A stretch of DNA of 64,000 nucleotides from Octopus sinensis (taxonomy: Eukaryota). The stretch covers positions 25,110,001 to 25,174,000 of the forward strand of contig NC_043021.1 of NCBI RefSeq assembly GCF_006345805.1. The letters are read 5' to 3'. The translations under genes and the position numbers were made by a program. Position 1 is the first letter of the stretch. Each line of letters opens with the position of its first letter. Positions 53,571-64,000 of the stretch are shown here, in pieces. Below the pieces are notes generated by a model, which was not told where the DNA came from, did not search any database, and worked only from the letters and a program-made list of their open reading frames with translations.

Positions 53571-55989
53571 GAGAGAGAGAGAGAAGATATCTTAATCTTT
53601 TAATTAGGGTTTAATTTTAAGTTACAAGAGACCAATGTCTTTGCACAGGTTTTTTTTTTTTTAATACATGTTCCTCAGGGGAAGGAAGGTAGCATGTTGT
53701 GTCTTCCTTTTGTAAGGCCAGATGAGGAAAAACAAAATCAGGAATTATTGAGGGTCCCAGTTCTAAGGGAATTGTTTTGTGTGGGACATTTAGAAAACGT
53801 GACAAAGTAACAAGAGGAGGAAGGAGACGGGTCCATTGTTTTGGGTGGAGAGATAAAGTGGATAGAATATGAATGTTTTGTGAGAATTATGCAAGCCTTG
53901 TACAAGGGTGGTGACATCCAAGTGAATGAAATCTCCTCAAATTACTTCCTTCTCTCTTTAAAAATACCAGATATCATTGGATCGTGTCGTCTGTTGTATA
54001 CCATTTTTCAGTCTCTTATTTATTTCACTGCTTTGAAGAATTTTAGTCGAATGAATTGACTCCGGTAATTATTCTTTTTAAGCCTGGCACTTATTCTATC
54101 GGTCTCTTTTGCTGAACTTCTAAGTTAATCAGACATAAACACAGCGATACTGGTTGTCAAATGATGGCAGGACACATACACACAGAGTTGAAATTTATAG
54201 AAAAACAAAAGACAAAGACAGGTGTGTGAACTACAAGCAGGTGTGTTAGTTTGATACTCAGGAAAAGTGAGAAAGTCTTTTACGTTTTGAGCCTACACTC
54301 GTCAACAGAAGGGAACAAGAGAAAATAAACAGAGAAAGAATGAAAAAAAAAAAACTAGTAGATTTCAGCAGTCCAGCCTATCATAAATATATGACGGGCT
54401 TCTTTCAGTTTCTATCTACCAAATTCACTCACAAGGCTTTGATTAGCCTGAGGGAATAGCAGAAAACACTTGCTCAAGATGCCAAGCAATGGGACTGAAG
54501 TAGGAAGCAAACTTCTTACCACAAAGCCATGCTTACAGCTAGGCAAAAAAACACAAAACAAAAGAAAAACAGGTGGGATTTGCACAACTAGAATACATTT
54601 GATTACAAGTTTGCTCAATCAAGGGTGACCTGGGGTCAAACAACAACAGCAACAACAAAGTAAGCATATCTCCCCCCCACACACACATACATACAGAAGA
54701 CAAACATTCTTGTAATTGCCTCTTCAACATCTCCATAATGTCCACAACACACACACACACACACACACAGAAGTCAAAGAACAAAATGTATTGATAACGG
54801 GTAGAGAGGAAAAGAAGAGAGAGAGAGAGCCTTGTCACCAAAGACTGCTGACCTGTTTCTTGGCTCTACTGTAATCCCATATAATCCAACAAGTCTCCAT
54901 GGGGGGATTAATATTATGGCTTTCCTCTTTTCCTGCTTTGTTTAAATATTCCCATTATTTCAAAATTTTATCACCCATCTGCTATAAACAATAATCTGTT
55001 CTACTTCAGTTTAGTGGAGGGACTCGGTTCATTTTACTCTCTCAGTGCTATGGGGATTGGTCGGACAAACAACACTCATGTTATTGAACACCTTGCTCTC
55101 TGGCCGATGTAAAAGCAAATTATGGCTTTCATAACCTTTTATTGATCGTTTCATAGCAATCATAAAACATGTTATTGTATGAAATTTATTTAAAACCTCT
55201 TGTTATTGTATTTCTGTTGAAATACACTACCCTTGTTACAATTAATTCAAATAAAGAACTTACTAAAATAACTTTGTTATTGTAATGTTGGTGTTTGGAA
55301 CATAAAATTAAGATAAAATTTTCATAAAGGATCTTTAATTTAAATCATTTCAACACAGGATGTTTGTGTCATAGAACCAAGAGGAATGGTCACAGGTGGA
55401 TTGGGTATGAAAAGGGTTAGCTTTAGTTTTCTGGATAGGGCAGTGAATTAGTAGAGTCATTAGAACATGGAAGAATAAAAGACCTTCTGGCATTTGTTTT
55501 GGTTCTCTGAGCAGTGTTCAAATCCAGCCATGGTCATCTCCGCTTTTGATTTCTTTTTTTTTTTTTTCTCAGGGTTGATAAAATAAAGTAACATTCTTGA
55601 GCATCAGATTGACAGAATGAACTTGGGATACTGATACCTTGTGGTATTCTAGCTCTCTCTATTCTGAATTCTGAGCTGTAAGACAACTTAAGCAACACTT
55701 TAACACCACAACCTGGACTTTGGGTGTCTTTAGCTAAATTCATTTCATTGGGGTCTCATATCTAAGGATAACTTCCATCTTCCTTTCTCAACTACATGGT
55801 TTCGGGTTCAATCTCACTGCATGGCACCTTGGCCAAATGTCTTCTAACAACAACAACAACTTTCTGAAGGGATTTGGTGACTGCAAATTGAATTGAAAGA
55901 AGCCAGCTGTACACAGCCTCACATTAGGTTGGAAAGAAAATCTTGTCACATTTCCAGATGGGAAAAAAACAAATGTTTCTTTGGTTTTA

Positions 55990-56670
55990 TTTGACTTATT
56001 CAATTAAGACAATAATTCCCCTCATTATTGATTAAGTAATCTCGTCTATTTAATAAATTGGAAAATTCTTCATGTTTTGAAACAAAGAAACTCTCAACAT
56101 CTCTATAAACCTTTCCATACTTAATAAGCTGTTTTCTCTCTAAATAATGCTGCAATGATCTGAAAAGATGATAGTCAGATGGGTCAAGATCAGGGAAGTA
56201 AGGAGGGTGAGGCAAAACTTCGGAGTGACTCAGGCAATATGCCACCTATGATTGGCAAAGGAATTTGTCTGCCAATTTTCGTGCCATGCTTCCAATTCAC
56301 GACAATACTTCTCCACATTGTTTCATTTTGGTTTCACACTTCATCATAGACAACACTCTTCATATCCCACTGGCATAGAGCCAAACGTATTCCGAGTATA
56401 GTCATGGTTTGAGATTATATTCTCTTGTTTCATTGGGTGCTAACCATTGTCATTTCCATTGGATATGATTATTAAGGGAACTCACTATTCATCACTTGTG
56501 AAGATTCTACCCAGGAAAGGTTTGTTAATAACAAGTCTAATCTTCAATGATGAGCAGAAGGCAACTCTTTGATTGAACTGGAAAGCAATCAGATGATGCG
56601 AGACTCACTGAACAAGTTTATAGACTTATCTAGTCCGTCATGAAGGTATTTTATGACCAAAGAGTCACTT
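55990..56670 (-). mobile_element. Decayed mariner (DD34D) transposase remnant
   Basis: EVLPHPPYFPDLDPSDYHLFRSLQ (cf. HPPYSPDLAPSDY) and upstream RIFTSDE (cf. RIVTGDE). Confidence 0.85.
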
Positions 56671-56906
56671 GAATTGAACTGCTTTGCTAATTCTCTGATA
56701 GCTTTGCTTTGCATTTTCCTCAACTACGATTTTCAGAAGCTCAATAATGAGAAAGAGCCTAGTCATCCATATTGAGAGGAATAATGAGTCTATATAGAGT
56801 GACAACGGTAATAATGGGTGTATATATTGTGACAAGTGTATTAACTGGCTTCACTTCATTCATTTATTTTTTTTCTTTGTTTTGGTCATTATTTCAATTT
56901 CAACAG

Positions 56907-56985
56907 GGTACGACCTCTGACACCATCAGAAATCAGTCGCAAAGACAGTAACATCATCACATTTCAAGACAGAGGCTCTCTTTTG
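56907..56985 (+). CDS. KIF12: KIF12-like kinesin exon (VRPLTPSEISRKDSNIITFQDRGSLL)
   Basis: TTTCAACAG acceptor, TTG|GTATGT donor; phases match both neighbours. Confidence 0.88.
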
Positions 56986-57849
56986 GTATGTACTTCATCC
57001 CAGAACAATAATCATTTAATACTTGTGTGTGTGTGTGTGAAAGAGAGTGAGAGAACAAATAAGAACGTGTGTGTTTGCCCTTTGTTTTGACATCATGCAA
57101 ATGTGCATCACCCTCATACAAATAGTGTTTCCAGTCAAAAAAACAATGTTTGGCCATGGGGAAATATGACCTTGATCGGAAACAGGTGAGGGTCACCAGC
57201 AGGAAGAGCATCCATCCATAGAAGACCAGACTCAACAAATTCCATCCAACCTGTGACAGCATGGAAAAGTAGACATTAAAACAATGATGATGCTATGACA
57301 TCACAGATGTTAGTGTTTCTGTTAGCTTCATTAAACTGATTTAATTAACATATTCTCCTTCTACAGTTTCTAGCAAAGCTTGACCCAAATATCATGGACT
57401 TCCCTCTCAGTGTATTGCAGATTTATTTAAATGTTCTGATTTTGTTATTTACAAATCAAGGCCTAAACCAGCCACAGAGAAAATGTAGATTACTCTCTGT
57501 CCCTCACTGGGTTGAGCACAGGCCACATGGCCACAGCAGATGAGGAAGTATCTCGTAGAGATGGAGATTGATGGTGACTTTGTTCAACAGGTCTCTTAAG
57601 AGGACCAGGGAATATACCAACAAATCGTGGATGCACTAATGTGCTGCAATGGGGCATGCCCCCATATCTCACCTTACTTCACCCTACAAAATAGAGCTGG
57701 TTGATATGCACCTGCGGTCAGCAGACCTTGATATAGTTCCAGCATAGGTTCAGAAAGTTAAAGGCCCTCTGGTCACTAGATTACTACCCTGGACAAAATA
57801 CTGCAGCTTCACAGCATTCAACCACTTACATACACTAAGTATGTCATAT

Positions 57850-58911
57850 TCATCATCGTCATCGTTTAACGTCCGCTTTCCATGCTAGCATGGGTTGGAC
57901 AGTTTGACCGGGGTCTGGGAAGCCAGGAGGCTGCACCAGGCTCCAGTCTGATCTGGCAGTGTTTCTATAGCTGGATGCCCTTCCTAACGCTAACCACTCC
58001 ATGAGTGTAGTGGGTGCTTTTTACGTTCCACTGGCACAGGTGCCAGGCGAGGCTGGCAACGGCCACGATCAGTTGGTGCTTTTTACGTGCCACCAGCACA
58101 GGCCAGCCGAGGCGGCGCTGGCAACGGCCACATTCGGATGGTTCTTTTACGTGCCATCGACACTGATATCACAATTGCAATTTCCATTGATTTTTGATCG
58201 ATTTCAATTTCACTTGCCTCAACAGGTCTTCGCAAGCAGAGTTTTGCATCCCAAGAAGGAAAGGTATGCATAAGTGGACTGGCTACATCCCAGGTAGAGG
58301 CCATGGGTCTCACTTGTCCTGCCGGGTCTTCACACGCACAGCATACTTCCAAATGTCTCGGTCACTAGTCATTGTCTCGGTGAGACCTAATGTTCGAAGG
58401 TCATGCTTCACCACCTCGTCCCAGGTTTTTCTGGTTCTACTTCTTCCACAGGTTCCCTCAACCACTAGGGTGTGGCACTTTTTCACGCAAATATCTTCAT
58501 CCATTCTCGCCACATGACCATACCAGCGCAATCATCTCTCTTGCACACCACAACTGATGCTTCTTAGGTCCAACTTTTCTCTCAGAGTACTTACACTCTG
58601 TTGAGTATGTACACTGACATTATACATCCAGCGGAGCATACTGACTTCATTCCTTGCAAGCTTATGCATGTCCTCAGCAGTCACGGCCCATGTTTCACTG
58701 CCATGTAGCATGGCTGTTCGTACACATGCATCATATAGTCTGCCTTTTACTCAGAGCGAGAGGCCTTTTGTCACCAGTAGAGGTAAGAGCTCCCTGAACT
58801 TTGCCCAGGCTATTCTTACTCTCGCAGTTACACTTTCAGCACACCCACCCCCGCTACTGACTTGGTCACCTAGGTAACGGAAGCTATCAACTACTAGATT
58901 TTCTCCCTGGA
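57850..58911 (-). mobile_element. 5'-truncated RTE-clade LINE: RT C-terminus, 3' UTR and (ATG)n tail
   Basis: DSFRYLGDQVSSGGGC..ARVRIAWAKFRELLPLL..LHGSETW..RWYGHVARMDED..RKTWDEVV, then a UTR matching the short repeats at 7664, 19500-19980 and 27290. Confidence 0.9.
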
Positions 58912-60339
58912 ATGTGGCGAAAGCACTCTGTAAAGTGGTTGGTGTTAGGAAAGGCGTCCAACCACAGAAACCAAACCAGAACAGACAATGGAGTCTGGTG
59001 TGGCGCTTGGCCTTACCAGTTCTTGTCAAACCATCCAAAAACTGCCAGCATGGCTAACAGAGGTTAAGTGATGAGGGTGATGACAAAAGCAATTGCAGAG
59101 TGACTCTTGCCACTTCAGCTGCTCGGTTGACTAATGGCTCTGCTGCTCATAGCAAGAAGTGTGTCCAGTTATAAATGATGTTTGCTCTTGAAGTGTTCAA
59201 ATATTGGAACTTGTTGAAACCATTTCTACCCATCATGCTGACAAACAAACTGAAAAAAGAAACTGATATAAAAAAGAAAAATAGAAAAAGTAAAGGCAAA
59301 CAATATGCAAACAAACATGATTGGTTGGTTGAGAGTGAAGTCACACACCAGCTGATGTTCATTGTATGGATGCTTTGGGTTTGACGTATCTAGCTAGCTA
59401 GCTGTCTGACTCTGTCTCTCCCTCTCCCTCTCTTTCTCTGTCTATCTGTCTCTCTCTCCCTCTCTTTCTCTGTTTGTCTCTCTCTCTCTCTCTCCACACA
59501 CACATTGTGTGAAAATAGTATAATATATCAAAAATAGAATAACATTTTAGAAAAATGTTGTGTGAAAGCAAATTTTTCATCCTCATTGTTTCTAATTTAA
59601 GGCACAAAGCTTGTAATTTTAAGGGGAGGGGCATTTGTTGATACCATTGGCTTTAGTACTTGACAGGTATCTTATTGACCCAGGAGGGAGGAAATGTAGA
59701 GTTGACTTCTACAAGATTTGAACTCGGAACATAAAAAGCTAGAACATATATTGCAAATTTGCCAAACTGCTTTTCACCCTTTTTTTTTACAACAGTTTCT
59801 GATTTAGATCTGGAACAAACACCATGAGGCATTTTATCCAATGCTATAATGAGTGAAGCTGTGTGGCCTAGTGGTTAGGTGTTGCACTCACACTCACCAG
59901 ATTGTGGTTTCAATACCCAGACTGGGCAGCATGTTGTGTTCTTAAGTAAAACACTTCATTTCACTTTGCTTTATTACTGTGTGCGACCAGCATGCCAAAG
60001 AATACACCCAACATTTTCTCTGCATGTCATAAAATCTGATCAAAAGACATTGAGGTAGGATTTGCACTCTGACCTTGCAAAACCTTCACCAGCAATGACA
60101 ACCTAAAAAACAGAGCCATGGGTTTATTGTATTTACACCATAAATGGAAATAATTTCTTAAACTAAACACACTCAACCATTTGATAAATTGGGGTTGACT
60201 GGTGGGCTCCAGGTCAAGTAGTGGAATCAATATAACTGACTAAACCCTTGAAACCCTGTGTCCTTATCATGTCTACAGTCCAAACACAGAAAGCGTGTGT
60301 TTGTATTTGCAGTTACAATAAAATGTAAATATTTTGCAG

Positions 60340-60461
60340 ATTAACCAGGGTCACAACCAGAAGAAATTTTCATTTGATGCTGTCTTTAAACCAGAAGCTG
60401 ATCAGGAAGTAGTTTTTGAAGAGTCAGGAATAAAAAAACTCATTCAAATGGCAGTAGAAGG
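60340..60461 (+). CDS. KIF12: KIF12-like kinesin exon (INQGHNQKKFSFDAVFKPEADQEVVFEESGIKKLIQMAVEG)
   Basis: TTTTGCAG acceptor, GG|GTAAAG donor; FxFD.VF..Q..VFE.SG.K.L pattern characteristic of KIF12. Confidence 0.92.
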
Positions 60462-61110
60462 GTAAAGTATCACCCGATGGCTTGTCCATTGGCATTTCTA
60501 GATTGTGTGTGTGAGTGCTTTCTTCAAGGGTTAACAAGGCTACCAATGGTTTCATAGAAAGAGATCTTCATAATTGTTCAAATGTGCCACATTGAAGTGT
60601 TGGTACTCATCTGCATTTTGGACGTGACTGTATATAATATATTTATCCCCACTACATGCTTAGCTGTCTGGTAAGAAGTTTGCTTCTCAACCACATGGTT
60701 CTGGGTTCAGTCCCACTGCATGGTACCTAAGGCAAGTATCTTCTACTACATCCTTGGTCTGACCAAAGCCTTGTGTGTGGATTTGGTAGATGGAAACTGA
60801 AAGAAGCCCATCGTGTATATATTTGTGTATTTTTGTGTCTCTTTATCTTGACATCACTTGAAGGTTGTAAATGAGTTGAAGGCCTTGCTTTGTAAATTAT
60901 CTGATGACCTCACTGCTGTTGGTGCCACATAAAAAGCAGCCAGTACACTCTAAAGGGGTTGGAATTAGGAACAACATCCAGCTGTGGAAACCAAGCCAAA
61001 ACTGACAGTAGAGCTTGGGGTAGTCTTCTGCCTCACCACTTCCTGTCAAACAGTCCAACCAATTCCAGAATAGAAAACAGCAGGCATTAAACGATGATGA
61101 TGATATATAT

Positions 61111-61472
61111 TGTGGGATGACGTCAGCAGCTGGGGAGCTGACCGGAAGGGGAGCCGTGACGCGTGCGCAGAGAGCAGGGCATTCTGCCTTTTCGAGTCAG
61201 GTCGTCGAGGGGTTAAGACGGGTGATCACGTTGTTAAGGTTGGGTGAAGCAGCTGCTATCTCTAGCGTTTGGATCGGGCTGTGTCGAAGGATCCGTTACC
61301 GCTGAAGGGTCTCCACCAGAGCGAAGAGAAGGTAGGTACCTTCATTTCGAATCTCTCGCACACACATATATCATGTCAATTAATAGATATATATATATAT
61401 ATATCAATATATCGTGTCGATTAATAAATGACGAAAGAACAGGATTTCTGCAGTCGTTTTCATTAGCTCACA
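61111..61472 (+). mobile_element. Solo-LTR-like CpG-rich cassette
   Basis: TGTGGG...CTCACA termini, CRE/ETS/NRF1-like motifs near the 5' end, AATAAA at 61423-61428; no TSD seen. Confidence 0.5.
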
Positions 61473-62638
61473 ACTGTTTCTGCGATAAGAAGCAAATCAC
61501 TGAGAGCTGAAAGCATTTAAAGACATCTTTAAATGCTTTCCACAACAAATGCTTCATTCAATGGCTCCACAGAAACTCTCAGCTGTTGCACAAGCACTCA
61601 TCTTTGAATGCAGTGCTTCTTATGGCAGAAACAGTTGTAAGCTTAAGAAAATATGTGACTTCTGTTCTTTTGGCATTTATTAATTTATATTATGCTCTGT
61701 ACTTGCCTTACTCTAAAGCATTTGTATCTTGAGTTTTAACAACTTGTTATTAGTACTGCTATTGCTAAGTGAAATCATAAAATTTATATAACCCAGAATA
61801 TTTGTGTGAGCAACAACTGCTACATTCTAAATATATGAGCTGCACTCAAATGTGAGTTAAACTTGTGCCTTTTAGGATGTCTGCTGCCACTCAGCCTTAA
61901 ACTATTAGCCAACTCTGAAGAGGCTGCTCAGCAGTTGTCATCATCATCATTTAACATCCATGTTCTATGTTGACATGAGTCAGATGGTTTGATAGGAACT
62001 GACAAGTCGAAATACCACATCATGCTCCAATGTCTGCTTTGGCGTGGTTTCTACAGTTGGATGCCCTCCCTAATGCTAACCACTTTACAGAGTGGACTGG
62101 GTGCTTCTGTTATGCCATCAGCACTAGTGAGGTTGCAAGATTCAGGTCCCCTTCAACTGGGTGGGGTTACAGTAGAGAAGGAGGAGGTTTTATGCTAAGA
62201 GATGAAGGGTGAAAGTATAAGAGAAGTAACCTGGAACAGGTTTGTTGCTGTAGAAATGCCACAAAGGTACTCACATGACAGAGGAGAGGGTGGAGGGGAA
62301 CCAGATTGATGCTGGAGAGAGAGAAAGAGAGAGAATAATAGTGATGAGATGCCAGGGTGGAGTCTGAAGGTACAAGAAGGTGAATAGAGGTGAGCAAGGA
62401 TGGAACCAATGGCAGTGTGGGTGGGTAGGATGTGCAAGAATGTATAGGGAGGTTGGGGAATGGTTAGAGTTGGAGTAGGGATGAAGGGAGAATATAATAA
62501 TGAAAGATAAACAAAGATTATGTTAGAATTCACAAGACTTTGTCAAACTGCAGTGATTGTGATGGTCTTTGAGGACCAGTAAGTGAACCTCGAACCTATG
62601 GTTCCAATTTACCATTCATTTCCTTCCATCTTTTATAG

Positions 62639-62714
62639 GTATTCCTGTTTGGTGCTAGCGTATGGACAAACTGGATCAGGTAAAACACACACAATGGTGG
62701 GATCATCAACACAG
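62639..62714 (+). CDS. KIF12: KIF12-like kinesin P-loop exon (YSCLVLAYGQTGSGKTHTMVGSSTQ)
   Basis: TTTTATAG acceptor, CAG|GTAGGT donor; kinesin Walker A motif GQTGSGKT. Confidence 0.95.
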
Positions 62715-63960
62715 GTAGGTTGTTCTTTGTTTTTTGAGGATTTTTTTAGCACCACACACTCCCTGGGAATTTCTCTTGAAGATAACAATTCCTGTTGGAT
62801 TTTTCCTAACATCACCATTATTGCCTTCACTTCTATTGTAAGAACCAACACCAGTTTCAGATAAAAAGCATAACAGAATATCTAAAGAAGAAAAGTCAGT
62901 CATGAGTGGGCAAAGGTTAAAGGTCAACCCCCAAAATTTGTTTTTTGTTGGTTGCTGATTCCAGTCAGCTTGTGGGGAATGTTGTTTCAGTATTGTATCT
63001 TACCTCAGGGAGTAGGGATGAAACTGGATCATGGTGGTTTGCATCAGTTGAACTTGCTTCAGTAAGTTTTCTGACATTTGTTATGTTAATAACAAACAAG
63101 TTTTGTGAGTCAAATGTGGCAACCCACAGGGAAAACGTTCAGTTTGGTGCAGAAGATGAAACTCAAAAAGATTTGAGCTTCTGTCTTTCATGTTGGTGTC
63201 CTGCCTTCATCTTTGTTAAACCTTTAGCATTGAAACTGGTCATATCCAACCTAAAATATTCTACCTGTTTTATGTTTAAACCTGCCAGATCCAGCCTCTC
63301 ACACCTAGCCTGCAATGTCATTCTAGAAATAAACAACCACATCATTGAAATCTTGAAGCTACAAGATAATGCACAATAATCAAGGCAAAGCAATGTGAAT
63401 GAATAATGATTACATTTGAAAGAGGAACCTGAATGGTAAATGGTTAAACTTAGACAGAATAACAATAATTCAGTTGGTTTGTTAAAGAAAGCCAGATTCT
63501 ACAGAGTGGAAACACATTATGGAATCAGATTGATTATTGGGTCAGGTAAAACACACACAATATATATGTGTGTATGTGTGTGTGTGTGTGTGTAAATATA
63601 TATCCAGGCCTGAACAGTATATTTGTCATTAGCTCTTGAGTGGTGGTAGCTCAAGACTTCAAGCTTAAGTAGCGTGAGAACTGTATTTGTGTGGGGTAAA
63701 ACAACAATAAATAAAGCAACAGTCCAGTGAGGTAGGTCTGTCTCTGTTGTTTCTCACCATAACTTGGCATAGCTTCAACTCTGTGAGCAAGAAAAGGAAA
63801 AAGAAAGAAAAAAAACCTATAGAAAGAACATAAATAAAAGGTACCCACTTAGACAGCTGCTGCAATAACCAAAGCAAAGGACAGACACACACACACACAC
63901 ATTTTCTGTTTAATGTTTTATGTTTCTAAAATGGATGATTTCCACTCCTTGCTTTTGCAG

Positions 63961-64000
63961 GCTTTTCTAAAAACTGACGTATTTGGTGTTGTTCAAAGAG
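63961..64000 (+). CDS. KIF12: KIF12-like kinesin exon cut by the window end (AFLKTDVFGVVQR...)
   Basis: CCTTGCTTTTGCAG acceptor in phase 0; GVVQR corresponds to the kinesin GIIPR motif. Confidence 0.85.

Noticed and set aside
62945-63465. Overlapping 144-aa (+) and 100-aa (-) ORFs in a KIF12 intron
   Set aside because: Near-cognate starts, no domain motif recognised; kept only as context for the possible antisense intron.

Overview
AT-rich, microsatellite-dense eukaryotic genomic DNA. The repeat landscape suggests an octopod cephalopod (Octopus sp.); this is inference from recalled repeat families, not a database result. Two intron-containing genes were assembled by hand on the + strand from splice sites and phase. 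(1) A complete 137-aa secreted protein with a signal peptide and two atypical Kazal/follistatin-type domains (exons 11033-11069, 20427-20538, 21185-21382, 23469-23535), followed by a post-stop splice donor. (2) The N-terminal motor-domain exons of a KIF12-like kinesin (50578-50658, 56907-56985, 60340-60461, 62639-62714, 63961 to window end); its start exon was not identified. The rest is mostly transposon-derived: a young 5'-truncated BovB-like RTE LINE, a decayed HERO/R2-group element, other RTE fragments, tRNA-derived SINEs, Tc1/mariner/maT remnants, Helitron/Helentron non-autonomous elements, foldback MITEs and a solo-LTR-like cassette. The most unusual signal is a set of four unrelated short repeat families, each beside (TA)n tracts and each carrying a minimal type I hammerhead-ribozyme fold of the Penelope-like kind. 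One has a compensatory U3-A8 core and one family shares a CUGUUGA core. Nearly all listed six-frame ORFs are microsatellite or repeat artefacts. All coordinates were read by eye; repeat boundaries are approximate.
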